Source: Lama guanicoe
Lineage: Eukaryota
Direction: 5' to 3'
Assembly: GCA_013239625.1 (NCBI GenBank)
Contig: MU053376.1
Location: 1,512,833-1,576,832 of the forward strand
Length of the DNA stretch: 64,000 bases
The notes under the pieces were generated by a model that was given only the letters and a program-made list of their open reading frames with translations, ran no database searches and was not told the DNA's origin. Made by a program: the position numbers and the translations under genes. This document shows, piece by piece, positions 1 through 12,139 of this stretch (its first letter is position 1; every line of letters begins with the position of its first letter).

Positions 1-187
1 GAGCAAAGTCTTAATTTTTGTGCCTTAAGTCTCTATATATGTAGAATCATAGGGTCATCATGAAAATAAAAATAAATCCATGTGAAATGCTGAGAAGAAT
101 ATGTACTTGGCTTCCAAAAACACTCAGATGTTACTACTGGCAGCAACAGTTGAAAATGGAATGACTGTTAAAATCCCTGTACTTGCA

Positions 188-282
188 TATATAAAATAAG
201 CAAGGTCCTACTGCACAGCACAGGAACTATATTCAGTATCTTGTAATAAACTATAATGGATAAGAATAAAAAATAGATTTAA
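188..282 (+). mobile_element. Short 5'-truncated L1 3'UTR fragment with 18-bp target-site duplication
   Basis: caaggtcctactgcacagcacaggaactatattcagtatcttgtaataaactataatgga; flanked by aaaatccctgtacttgca (170-187) and aaaatctctgtacttgca (283-300). Confidence 0.8.
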
Positions 283-1017
283 AAAATCTCTGTACTTGCA
301 AACAAGAAAGCAGATAATCAAAATTAAAAGACACTCATTGCATTTGGGTGGCATATCTTAGTAAGTGGAACATGTCAAACAACTCAGGACATACCTGCAC
401 TGCATGCTATTCAAGTCACACATAATTTGGTCCCAAATTTAATTACCCATGTCTTTATTCCACACGTGAACATGGTCTCAAAATCTATGTAACACAGACC
501 AAGAGTTTCAAACCCAGAAGGGGACAGTTCTGTTTCTCTAAATGTCTGGGCTTAGTTTTCTAAAATAGGTTTTTCAGGTCAGATGCTTCCCAGAAAGTAA
601 ATGACAGAATGGAGATGGGGAAATTAGAAGATTTGCAGTTATGTCTTGGCTTTATTACAAATTCAACCGGCTGCTTTTCAGTCAGTCAAATTTTGAGATA
701 CTTGTTCCCTCAAACATAAAGTAGGAAGAAATATTTGCTTTCTTATTTCCAAGATAGTGTAAGAAGCACACACAACTCACAGATCTGAGGGAAGAGTTTG
801 TACCAAATCAGATATTGGCATCCAGGACTACTGCACTGCCCTTCTCATATCAGGATAAATCATAAAATCTTCCTTTCCTATCTGCTTTCTCCTCTTTACT
901 CCTACATATTACATACTACATACTACATATGGATGGACTTTGGGTGTAAATCAAATTAGAATGTGAAGAAAAGGTATCAAAACAGCACCACCACAGCATA
1001 ACATAATATTAAATGAA

Positions 1018-1452
1018 TGCAGTGGTAAATTTTGTGCATCACTTGGCTAGGCCATGGAGTGATATTTGGTCAAACATTACTCTGCGTGTTTCTGTGAGGG
1101 TGTTTTTGGAGGAGATCAACATTTAAATCAGTACATGGAGTAAAGCAGATTGTTCTCCCTAATGTGGGTGGGCCTCACCCAATCAGTTGAAGGCCATAAT
1201 AGAACAAAAAGTTGACCCTGGCCTGAGTAAGAAACAATTCTCTTGCCTGGTGGCCTCTAAACTGCAATATCAGCTCTTCCAGTCTGCCAGCCTTAGGAGT
1301 TGAACTGGGACATCAGCTCCACAGGTTTTGGGCTTGCCAACCTTCATAATCACACTGGCAAAATTCTTATAATAAATCCCTTTGTGTATGTGTATATAAA
1401 CACCCCCCCACACACAGACATCTTACTAGTTCTGTTTTCCTAGAGCACCCTA
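1018..1452 (+). mobile_element. MLT2-family (ERVL) solo LTR
   Basis: Typical MLT2 motifs: gtaaagcagattg..ctccctaatgtgggtgggcctca.ccaatcagttgaaggcc, aataaatccc, ttctgtt..ctagag.acccta. Confidence 0.8.
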
Positions 1453-2890
1453 AGGGAGAGATATACCATTATTATACTGAAACTGCAGATAAAACTGGAG
1501 AGAATTCAGATTATGCTTGAAAGCCAAAGAGAAGCAGGTTTTTCTAAGGACCACAGAGGTCACATGCAGATATATTCTCAAGTCTCTAGTATTTATGGCT
1601 GAATCAAAAATGTATGTAGCGTTCTTACCAACACACATTTCCTAGTGGCTTCCTACCTATTCCAACTCACAGCTTTGGGGGATTATTTGGCTTTAATAAA
1701 TGACTCACTTATTAAGCTGAGGACTCTTCCTATACAGAGTAAACCAAGTGGGGTGAAGGAGAAAAGGACATAGGTTTGTTTCCTTGAGCATCTGATCACT
1801 GGGTTTTATGGAATAGCTACCATGGAGATTTTTCCATCTTCTAACCATGGCCTTAAATCATGTCAAAAGCAGGTCACTGCCTACAAAAGGATGACAGGCA
1901 GGAAAAGCCTCATGTTAGATGGGACAGTGTCCTGAGGACAGAAGACAAACCACCAAAGGAAACGAGTTAAATCTGGAGAGAAAAGGAAAAAATGAGGAAC
2001 CTAAATATTCCTTAGCAATAGCGAAGGAAATGAGTTAGGGAAATCATCTTGGAGTAGTTCCAGCTCATCAGTGGTGCAAAAGAGCAAACCATCCCTCACT
2101 GCTGGGGCCTTCCTTGACCTGTGGTCCCTTCCCAGCTTGATCACTCAGTTATTCTGTTCAAAGTAGCAAGCCAGGGCAGTCACCATCCCACAGCTCTGTT
2201 CTCCGCCCTTCCTTGGGTCTCTCAGAACACTCTGCAGGGAGTGCTTATGTTTTCTTTTTGGCCATAAACCAGTTGAATGATGGGAGGGGCACCTTGTCTC
2301 AAATATGGACATTTTTCTAAGGAAAGGTTACAATGATATCCATGTTCCAAACAATTTTACCCAAGAGGTTGCATCCAAATGATAGGATCTAATTATTTTT
2401 AGTATAATCACACTTCTAATCATGTAAATATTTTCTTCTTCTTTATCTTAATTGCTTTCCCTTTTCTTTATGAATGGGGACATGGAGAGAAATTAGTTAT
2501 ATTTCAATTTCTTCTTTAATTAGTTTCAGGCCCATAACGTTCACCAATTGGGAGATAAAATCCAGAAGGACTAGCAGGCCAGCCTCCAGCAATGCTTGAA
2601 AAAGCAGGAATATCCTGAGTCAGCAAGTGGGAAAAGAAAGCATTTTCAGTTTTTTAAAATGGTCACACTAACAAGCAGTATTTGGGGAGTTACACCAAGT
2701 ACTGAATTTGAATGGCGCAATCGGTACTAGTAAATTTACAGATAAACAGAGTAACATTTACCTTCATTTTTAAAGAAGTTATTTTAAAAAATAAAGTTTC
2801 CATTTTCACAATACTCTCAGTATAAAGTAACACTTTAACAAACTCACACTAAAGGCTAGTAACGACCATGACTATAATATGCATTTCCCA

Positions 2891-2896
2891 TTTATT
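2891..2896 (-). terminator. Candidate RAB29 polyadenylation signal (AATAAA)
   Basis: TTTATT on plus, with GU/U-rich sequence downstream on minus; implies a ~1.8 kb 3'UTR. An alternative AATAAA lies at 3680-3685. Confidence 0.45.
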
Positions 2897-3129
2897 TGTG
2901 ATTTTGCAAGAGTTCAAACCAGTGAATATAAAATCAATTTTCTTTTCACAGAGAACTTGTTACTCCACTATTATTTGCAGAGTCGTTGTAATAAAAACTC
3001 TACTTGGAAAGGGTAATACAAAAAAGAACCTGAATGTCTCGAAAGACTGTGCAAAATTTATAACTGGCATTAAAAACCAACCAGCCACTGAAGGCTCTTT
3101 TTGATGTCTGGCCTCTGCTCTCTCTTAGG

Positions 3130-3450
3130 ACAGTGGTTTTCAAAGTCTGGTGTGCATCAAAACCATTTGGAGGGCTAACAGAGCCTATGGAAGCCCAGGA
3201 TCATTTCCACAGAGAAGGCCTGGGTCTCTGTATCTTTACCAAGTTCTCCAGCAATGGCTTCCAAACCAAGCTGATCAGAATCACCTGGGGAGCTTTGAAA
3301 ACCACCACCACCAAGTTCCCCTGCTTCACCCCTGGACATTTTGGTTCAGCAGGTTTGAGGCTGGGAAACAGAAATTTTAAAGCATTTTATTTTTTAAATT
3401 TTAAACAAACTTCCCAGGTGGTTCTGATCAGTCAGGTTTGGGAACCACAG
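3130..3450. mobile_element. Two adjacent MER5-type (hAT-Charlie) fragments within the probable RAB29 3'UTR
   Basis: cagtggttttcaaa..., atcagaatcacctggggagctt..., cccaggtggttctgat...tttgggaaccac. Confidence 0.65.
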
Positions 3451-4276
3451 ACTTAGGACACTTATATAAATAAGTGTCTCTCAAAGAACTCTATACCTCT
3501 GAGGGCACTAAGAATAGTCATAACTTTGGGTTGGTTATAAATCACCATCCTGTGAGAATTTAACGAATTAAACTGTCTAGAAGTGATTTGATACTAAAAA
3601 CTCCACCCAATTTAGCACTTAAATTACCTAATGATGTTCTGTCTACTCTCCACTCCCAGGCAAAGGTATAAACACAATGTTTATTTCCTATGGCTGTTAA
3701 GTGCTAGCTACCCAAAGTGCTCTTAAGCAAGTTGCCCCACAGGATTTTGTTCTGCTAACCTCTCTCTCTTCTTCCATTCAGACTCTGGGAGCTGCGAGGA
3801 ACAGACCTATTTCAGGGCATTAGGCAGCAAGACCTCAACCCAGAAACCTGCAAACTCCACCCCTATCCCACTGGGAGAGCAACACTAGGAAACCTTAATG
3901 TGAGAATTAATTTCTTTGGGGAAAGAAATGTCCTCATCACACAAGATACACAGTTTAAAAGGCTGACTATTCTTAAACCAAGACGAGAAAGCTAATTATG
4001 ACTTCAGAAGCTTAAAAGAATGCAGTGACTTTTTGGTTTACCTCCAGTGGCCCCAAACCCATAGATATCCAGTCCCACTCCTTCTGCATCTAAGAATCAG
4101 ATGTTTAAATTCAAAGTCCAAGCAATGACTTACAAGGAATTTGGGAAGTGACCTTTGATCTCATTTTCCTTGCAACCTGAAGGCCTATTAGGCTGAGATA
4201 TCAATGTACATCAAACAGAAATATATGCTCAAAGGCAGGTGAGAATTATGATCCTTAAAACATAACTGCTGGTGGC

Positions 4277-4370
4277 AGGGCGGTGGGTAGCGCTCAGTGG
4301 TAGAGCACATGCTTAGCACGCATGAGGTCCTGGGTTCGATCCCCAGTACCTCTTTTAAAAACAAACAAAC
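4277..4370 (+). mobile_element. tRNA-Ala-derived SINE (vic-1-like), antisense within the RAB29 3'UTR
   Basis: gctcagtggtagagcacatgcttagcacgcatgaggtcctgggttcgatccccagtacctc plus A-rich tail. Confidence 0.85.
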
Positions 4371-4663
4371 CCCAGAGCTGCTGACTTCTAATCCTTCCCA
4401 TGAAATCCCAGATCACAAACTGAGGGATGAGACAAACTTTCTTGTACAGAAGGCACTGACTGGGCCACAGCAAGTGAGAGGCAACTTGCACAAGAGGCAG
4501 AAATGCACGTGGGTCCCAGGTGTCTTTACTGAGTGATGATGGCCCTCCTTACTGGACAGTCGGGCGGGGGCAGTTGAAATGTACTTAGTAAAACTGCTGG
4601 GTGGGCAGCCGAAGGGACGAGAAAGACCTCGTAGAACTGGGAGGGAAAACAAGCCAAACGCTC

Positions 4664-4775
4664 TTAGCAGCAGGCCCAGCTGGAGGAGGGCTTGGTTTGC
4701 AGGTTGATATAGTTCCCTTGGGTGGACAAAGACATATCTTCTCTGGAATTGCTCATCATCTTTTCAATGAGGACT
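4664..4775 (-). CDS. RAB29: RAB29 last coding exon: VLIEKMMSNSREDMSLSTQGNYINLQTKPSSSWACC*
   Basis: Acceptor TTTTTAG; C-terminal CC prenylation motif; total CDS 124+72+182+122+112 = 612 nt = 203 aa plus stop. Confidence 0.97.
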
Positions 4776-5068
4776 CTAAAAAGCAAATAAACAATAAGCC
4801 TGAGGAGGTGGATGGAGAAAAGGGAGAAATGGCAGACACTGTCTCTTCTTATCACCAGAAGGCATTCAGTAAAGCCACATGGTTTAAATGCCCATTTGTC
4901 CCCAGTTATCTCAGGAGAGAAGACATCATCCCTGACCTTCGGAAGCTGGCATTTCAGTGGCTCGGTCTGTTCCTGCTTGCTCAGAAACAAGAAAAGAAGG
5001 TCCAAGAGGCTGTATTGCAAGATGGGTAAATCTGCGTGCCTATCCCCCAAACAGCATGAGCTACTCAC

Positions 5069-5190
5069 CTCATGGCCTCATTAATGTTTTTGTTCTCCTT
5101 GACTGATGTTTCTGTCCAGCCTGTGAAACCGTTTTCTCTACTGAACCGGTCAACCTGGTCTCTGCTCACAGCCCAGGGGGACAGATCGCA
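5069..5190 (-). CDS. RAB29: RAB29 coding exon 4: CDLSPWAVSRDQVDRFSRENGFTGWTETSVKENKNINEAM(R)
   Basis: Acceptor TTTGCCAG, donor AG|GTGAGT; 122 nt; ETSVK (G5) motif. Confidence 0.97.
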
Positions 5191-5481
5191 CTGGCAAAGA
5201 AAATAAATAAAAGGTAATACCATAAAATTCCTCAGGATAGGAATGTTGCTCGGATACCTGTGGACTGGAAACAGTTCCCCCAGTGGCTAGAACAGCACCA
5301 TCTGAAATCCACAATCAGCATTCTTCCCAAAGAGTCCCAGCATCTCTTGAAAGGAGGCAGAGGAGATTTTGCCAACTTGAGAAGGGGAGGTGGATACCCA
5401 GGATCAGAGTGCATCTTAGATACACTTACTCTCTGACCACAGATTGAGACCAGAGGCCATTTTCCAAGACTAACCACATAC

Positions 5482-5663
5482 CTTGTTGGCCAAGAGCAGG
5501 CAGGGCACGGGCTCTCCATTAGGCAGCGTGAGCTTGCTGTCCAGGTCCTGTTTCCATCTCTGGCTGTTGCTGAAGGTAGTGGCGTTGGTAACATCAAACA
5601 TAATAACACAGGCAGAGGCGTCCCGATAGTAAAGTCGTGTCATAGAGGTGAAGCGTTCCTGCC
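5482..5663 (-). CDS. RAB29: RAB29 coding exon 3: QERFTSMTRLYYRDASACVIMFDVTNATTFSNSQRWKQDLDSKLTLPNGEPVPCLLLANK
   Basis: Hand-translated; acceptor TTCCCAG, donor AAG|GTATG; 182 nt; switch II region and start of NKxD. Confidence 0.97.
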
Positions 5664-5829
5664 CTGGGAAGACAGCAGACAGTTCTTGAGAAGGTCATCC
5701 TGAGAACCAGTCTCAGGACCCTCCCTGACACCCTGCCCTTTCCACCTTCGTTGTGGGAAAGAGGGCAGGAGGCGTAGCGGGTGAGCCCAGATCCTGCACC
5801 CAGAGGCCCAGTTCCAAATCCCTGCTCTG

Positions 5830-6010
5830 TCATTTACTATCTATGTGACTTTGGACAAGTCAAGCTTTCAGTGCTTCAGATCTCTCATCTGTAAAGTGGG
5901 GGGAAAGGCCGTAGCTTTTACCATAGGGTTACCGTGAGGATTAATGGGTCAGAGATTCTAAAATGCTTAGAAAAGTGCTTGGCACAAAATAGATAAGGGT
6001 CAGCTTTTAT
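5830..6010 (+). mobile_element. MIR SINE
   Basis: tgtgactttggacaagtca...cttcagatctctcatctgtaaagtgggg core. Confidence 0.75.
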
Positions 6011-6239
6011 TATCATTGTTTCTATTTTCTTGTTTCTCACCATGGTCAGCTGGAAACCTAGGAAGCACACCATCCTCCTGCTGTGGGAGCGTGCACCTGG
6101 AGAGTTCTGGAGGGTTCACCACCTCGCCAGCCCCTCCACCCACAGAGACTGCTCTACGTTTATTCAGGGAAAAACATCTACAACATCTCCAGCTTATATA
6201 TCCTCAGAGCAGCTTAATCATTCCAGCTTCAGAAAAACT

Positions 6240-6358
6240 TCTTTTTTAAAAAGAACTTTTTTTGTTCTATTTTGTTTTTCTGTATGGAGGTGCTGGGGAT
6301 TGAACCCAGGAATTCCTGCATGCTAAGCCCGTGCCCTTCCACTGAGCTATACACCCTG
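6240..6358 (-). mobile_element. tRNA-Ala-derived SINE in a RAB29 intron
   Basis: Reverse complement reads gtatagctcagtggaagggcacgggcttagcatgcaggaattcctgggttcaatccccagcacctcca plus A tail. Confidence 0.85.
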
Positions 6359-6481
6359 TTCGCCCTCAAACCACCCCTCCCAAAAAAAACCCACCTGGTT
6401 TTGCAGAACACTTATTCTCTGAAAGCCTACTGGTCAAACCAAAATTTCTTCCCTTGTTCTTGCCCAGTCTTCCCAGCCTAC

Positions 6482-6553
6482 CTGCAATATCCCACAGCTG
6501 GAGCCGCACCATCTCCGAGTCAGACCACTGGAGAACCTTCAGGGCAAAATCCA
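6482..6553 (-). CDS. RAB29: RAB29 coding exon 2: (V)DFALKVLQWSDSEMVRLQLWDIA(G)
   Basis: Acceptor TTTCCAG, donor G|GTAGG, 72 nt, Rab32/38/29-type WDIAG motif. Confidence 0.97.
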
Positions 6554-8489
6554 CTGGAAATACACATAAGATATACTCGGATAAGATTTACTGTTAACAA
6601 ATCCACAGATAAATTCATATCAAACATGCAATTACAACCCTAGGGGAACACAACTCCAATCCCATTCATTTATTATTTGTTTATTTATTTGTAACCCCTC
6701 AGCAGACTTGAGATGAGCTGAGTTCATGTATTAAGTGTGGGGATGAGCTCACACGCATGCACTCTCCCAAGGCGTCTCCAGTTTTTACTCTCCTGTCAAA
6801 CCAATTTATTTGATACTACTTGTCTCTAAGACTGGGGATAGGAAGGCGGGAGTAATTATGAAAACTACTCCTCATCTCAGGTTAGACAGTTTCTGGGAGA
6901 TGTAGGGGGTTTTCTCAGAGAGGGGATGATGGGGTAGAAGGGGGAAATGAGGTAAATGTGGTGACTCGCATCTTCCACATTCAATTTTACTGCTGGTTTC
7001 TAATCCACTCACACTATGAGAAAAACACGCCCTTGGGGAAATGCTACACCCTCCATAAGGCAGTAGGAATTATCTCGGACAGGAATGGGATAAAGCGCAA
7101 AGGTCTCAGAGGGATTCCCAGGAAGAAGCTGATGCTTAAGAGCTGTGCTGGAATCTATTGCTGTGTTTATAGATGCTGAGAGCCCATGAGTCAAGGCCGA
7201 GGAAAGAGCTTTCTGATAAGGACCGAAATAGGATCATTTCCAAGGTTTGGAAACATATTTTTCCACATCTGTGACAGAAATGAAAACTAGGGGAAATTTA
7301 GAATAAACACTGAAAAAAATTAGCCAGTCTATTATATTCTTCCCTAAAGGAAAGCTAGAGCAATTGCTAAAAATTAATGGGACACTATTAAACCAAATCC
7401 ATGAAACAGGGACCCTCATATTATTGGAGGGCAGGGGCAGAGTAGTCAGGAAACAATCTTTGAAACTTTAAACCCTTAATTTTGCTGGATGTTCTTAAGG
7501 AGAATGTTTTCATTGCAATGCAAAGGCATGTTAATTTTTTTTAAAATTCCATAATGAACACCAGCACACATTTTCAAAACTTAACATTACTGTAAAGTTT
7601 TTTTTACCTTAAAAAAGTTCTTTTAATGGAGATAAATAAATGTTTGTTACTCTCCCTCTTCACCAGCTCTCCCCATCTAAACTTATAATTAAAAGGCATT
7701 TCTCCTTCAGAAAAGACATTGAGTCCAAAGGCCACACCCCTGGGAAGAAATTAGTTAACTCTTGGTGTTCCGTTCATTCTTCCCCTCCTCAGGGAGAGAG
7801 AAAAGGGGGTGGGAAGATAGGTCAGAGCAGTGGCATATTTCACATTCTATGAAGAATTCCTAGGTTGTCTTTATTTAAGCAATCAATGGACAAAAAACAC
7901 ACAGCTCATCAGCCCTCATAAGCATCTGATCGTGTGGCCAAGTGGCTCTCCCATGCGATCACTCCCACCTCCCATAAACAAAGCTGGGCTCCCTGAGGCC
8001 AGGTTAAACACCCTTCTATTCCCTCAACAGGTGCCTGGAACTCCCGTGAGGGGCAGGACAACAGCCCCAGCTGGCACCTAAGCAGGCCCTCCCGGAGGGT
8101 TTCTGCTGCTTCTGCTGATCGCAGAGATTTGCCCGTGACCGCTTGGAAGGCTAGGCTGCAGGAGGAGACTGCAGCTCACAGTTCCCCAGCGAAAGGCAGC
8201 AACTAGTCATCTTCTCATCCTCCCTTCCCCATTCGCATGGTCACACCTTTGCTCTATTTCTTTCCTGGCAGTCAGCGCAGGCTGGGAAAACCTAACTGGG
8301 GAAATCCAAGAGAGGAATGCAAATCCAACACCCAGCGATGACCCCCTTCAGGATCCCAGACATCTACTTCCTGATCCGAGGAAGGACCCAAGGACACCAA
8401 ACTCCCCGTTCCCCCACCCGACTCGAGTCCACAGCTCGAATTCGTGGTCCCGGCCTCTTGTCTACCCCGTCCCCGCAGCGACGTCTCAC

Positions 8490-8613
8490 CTCCCACCGTG
8501 GACTTGTAGTGTTTGCTGAAGCTGTCCTGGGAATATCGCTGCACCAGCGACGTCTTGCCCACTGCGGCGTCCCCCACCACCAGCACTTTGAACAGGTGAT
8601 CGCGGCTGCCCAT
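8490..8613 (-). CDS. RAB29: RAB29 (RAB7L1) coding exon 1: MGSRDHLFKVLVVGDAAVGKTSLVQRYSQDSFSKHYKSTVG
   Basis: ATG at 8613; Rab P-loop GDAAVGKT; matches the RAB29 N-terminus as I recall it; donor G|GTGAG at 8489; 124 nt. Exon probably begins at 8737 after a polypyrimidine tract and CAG (8738-8760). Confidence 0.97.
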
Positions 8614-8919
8614 GGCTAGCGGGACAGACGTTTCAGGAAGGCGGGAAGTGGGGGAGTCGCTTATTTTAACCCCTTTGGCTCCAGACCTCGTTCAAACTGA
8701 AGTTTGGCATTCCTGCCCACCGCCCGCTGGGGCTGCTCTGACGAGAAAGCAAAAAAGGAAACTTTGCACTCAACCTATACGCGCTTCCTCCCCGCGCGGC
8801 CGCAGCCTGGGTGGGGCGCAGGGCGCAAGTTCCGAGCCCCCGGCTGCTCTCACCTTCTCCCCCTCGCGGCCCCGCTGCCGAGAAATGGGATGAAGCACCA
8901 CGGTGGGTGCCTCACCCAC

Positions 8920-9100
8920 CGGGACTTCCCCAGAGTTGCTCCAGCGAGCGTCTGAACCGGGCCAGCTCATCTTACGGTTGGGGAGAAGATGGGGCCCTCC
9001 CTCCACCGCACAAACCAACTTTGGGGAAAGAGCCGCTCACACCTTGACTAGCTGGACCCAGTTACCGCCCCAGGCGGCGCGCTCCCTCTCGCCTTCCTCC
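8920..9100 (-). other. RAB29: Probable non-coding first exon of RAB29
   Basis: Candidate donor CCG|GTGGGT at 8919 (alternative GTGAG at 8915) inside the CpG island, upstream of the strong acceptor at 8738. 5' end is uncertain. Confidence 0.4.
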
Positions 9101-10129
9101 GCGTGCGTCACGTGCAGGGTTGCTTAGGACACTACATTTCCCAGCTGACCTCGCGGTGAAGAGAACTAGCCGTGTGTGGAGACTCGCCCGCGTGGCCTCC
9201 TGGGAGGTGTAGTTTATGCACTGTTCTTGCTTTTAAAAACCTACACAAAGTTTCAAACTCCTTCAACCGTTTGGAATCTTATTTTTAAATGATTCCGAGA
9301 AAGATCCTTAAGAAGCGATTTATTTGACCATGATCTAACTTGCCTAAATCCGTCCTTAGATAGATTTCTCATTATCTCTAAAAGTGTTACGGAGCTAAGA
9401 TTAAAAATTATGCCACAGATTCCATACCTTGCTCCACTAATAAAAGCTCAAGCCTCGTCCCTCATGCTCCAAGTGAAGTCCATTTACTATTCTTTCAATC
9501 AGATAGACAACTCCAGGATCTCGTGAACATAATGAAGGCTAGCTCTTCCATTTTTCTCAGATAACCCAGTATTAGTCAAATTCAGGGACTCGATTAAGAG
9601 ACTGGCTGTTAGAAAAACTCATGTCGTTAAATGTTAGGTATTACCATAACTAGACAGATAGAAAATAACAGATGGTTCCGCATTCTCACTCCCACAATCC
9701 CCAGTCGTACAACACCGCTCACATCATTTGAGCTGGAAGCGAATTGGAGTGCTTTGGGCATCTTCCATTTGTTGCTGCTTTTGCTCATGAATTATGATTG
9801 AACTACAGTTTTGCAAATGTTTTTAATTTTTTAGCCTGTAACTTTTCTGACCTGCCTGCCCTTTAGATAGGAATTAAGGGGACATGAGCTTCACAGCACA
9901 GAAAATAACCTCCATTTTCTATGCTTTTTCCCAAGAGTAGAAGAGAAAACAACAGCATGATGGGAAAACAGCCCTGCTCGGATCTTTTGACAGCTTACTA
10001 CTTACATTCTGTGAGGAAAGAACCTCAGCATGGTTCACAATGTATTTAGCCCAAAATGTTGGTTACTCAGGTACAGGGGGTCAGGCTAGGCTACTCATCT
10101 TTCCTGATGTCTCAGGCCCCTTTTCAGTG

Positions 10130-11950
10130 GCCCTTTCTCAACCTCCATTGGCTTTGACATAGTTGAGCACTACCTTGAAATTTGTTTCTTACATGGCTTC
10201 CGTGACACTGTTCTTTCTTGTTCATCCCTCTACCTTTCTGATGATCACCTTTTTCTTTCATGGTTTCCTTCCATCCCATCGCCCCCTAAGTAAATATTTC
10301 CTAAGGCTTGATTCTTGGTCTCTGAACTGATTGTTCTTTAAACTTTTTACTTTAATGATTTGCTCTTGGCTTCACATTTCTTTTTGTCTAAACTTTATTT
10401 ATATCTTTATCTCCAATCAGTTCTGTTTAACTGCCATAAAGGTACCTTCAATTGGCTGTCCTGCCAGAGTGTCCCTCACTGCATCACCACAAAAATATAT
10501 TTCTGTCCCTAGCTTAATCATTTTTCCCTTTACTCAGGCTTCAGACCTGAACATTTTTATTGTATTGAGGTTAGAACACTTAACATGAGATCTGCCTCTA
10601 AAGTTTTAAAATATTCAATCCAATATAAAAAATACAACATTTTAAGTGTACACTGTTACACAGTATAGCTCTAGAATATATTCACCTTGCTTAACTGAAC
10701 ATTATGTCTGTTGATTAGTAATTCTCCATTTCCCCCTCCCTTCAGCTCTTAGCAATCATTATTCATTTAACTATTTGATTCTATAAATTTGTCTATTTTA
10801 GATACCTTATGTAAGTGGAATTATGCAGTACTTGTCTTTTTGTGGCTTGGGTATTTCACTTAGCATAATGTCCTTAAAGTTCATCCATGGTGCTGCTTAT
10901 TGCAGAATTTCCCTCCTCTTAATGGCTGTATAATATTCCATTGTATGTATATATACCACTTTTCTTTATTTGTCTTTTAAAGGACATGTAAGTTGCTTCC
11001 TTATCTTAGCTACTGTAAATAGTGCTGCAATGAACATGACAGTGCTAATATCCCTTTGAGATTCTGATTTCAATTCTTTTGGATAAATTCCCAGAAGTGG
11101 GGTTGTTGAATTATATAATAATTCTATTTTTAATTTTTTGAAGAAACTCCATTCTGTTTTCCATAGTGGCTGCACCATTTTGCATTCCCACCAACAGTGT
11201 ACAAGGGTTCCAGTTTCTCCACATCACCGCCAACAACTTTTTTGTTGTTATTGTTGTTGTTAATAGCCATACTCAGAGGTGTGAAGTGATATCTCATTGT
11301 GGTTTTGATTTATGTTTCACTGATGATCAGTGACATTGAACTTTTTTTTTCACATATCTCTTGGCCATTTGTCTATCTTCTTGGGAGCAAGATCTATTCA
11401 ACTCCTTAGCCAATTTTTAAATCATGTTATTAGTTTTTTGTTTGCAGACCTTGAGCATTATTAATATTTCCTTTTACACACATCCCTCTACAGCCCCTCC
11501 CTTTTAAATAGTCAGTCACCAGCCCTTCAGGGCCCCGTTCTCTCCTGCAAACATGAGCCCTAGACACTGGAGTTCCTGGAAGGGTGTTCAGGAGAGGCCC
11601 TGAGGGCAGCCCCCCTGCCCCCATCCTCCAGAAAAAGAAAAGAAAAAAAAATAAAAAGTCAGTCACCACATCCTACTGATTCTTCCTTCAATGACATCTC
11701 TCCCACTCATCCTTTATACTTCGTATCCAGTGCCACTTTTCTAGTTCAGGCGTTCATTACTCATACCTGGATCCTCTTCAAAAACCTGTTTATTGGTCTC
11801 CTTGATTTTCTTTTATCTTCAGTGCATCTTATACAACCAGCCAGGATAATTTTCTTAAAACATCATTGTTCCTTCATTGTCTACCAACTACCCCAAAACT
11901 GGCCAACCTCCCTGAACTGGTGGCCAAAGCATTCTATACACTGGCCCTTC
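10130..11950. mobile_element. L2 remnant interrupted by a minus-strand L1 (L1MA-type 3' end, ~10550-11440)
   Basis: L2-like ctttgacatagttgagcact...ttccgtgacac; L1 ORF2 C-terminal remnant (ORF 10966..11178 VQPLWKTEWSFFKKLKIELLY...). Confidence 0.75.
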
Positions 11951-12139
11951 CCTACCTAACAACCCTCTCTCACCTGACCTCCAGTGGGAATCTCCCACCT
12001 CCGGAAGGGGACGCTCCTTATACTCTGTAAATCTCGGTTTCCCTTTTGACTTTGTATGTTTCCTTTGGGTGCTTCACCCATCAGAACACCCGTCAGGCTT
12101 CTTTTCACACACCTAAGTCTGACCGCCCTTTAGATTCTC

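Larger units (their letters stand above)
8400..9215. promoter_or_regulatory. CpG island / RAB29 promoter with E-box GTCACGTG (9107-9114) and two ZNF143/SBS-type motifs (9131-9145, 9199-9213)
   Basis: High GC and CpG density around the start codon; motifs read directly. Confidence 0.85.

Noticed and set aside
4284..4352. tRNA-Ala(AGC) gene (and similar copies near 6.3, 13.8, 16.9, 18.2, 33.5 and 62.7 kb)
   Set aside because: Mismatched stems, A-rich tails, TSDs and many diverged copies indicate SINEs rather than tRNA genes.
4664..5068. 134-aa ORF spanning the last RAB29 intron in frame with the last exon
   Set aside because: It starts at the donor GTG. The intron is 293 nt, and the true frame hits TGA immediately (AGG TGA), so retention does not give this product.
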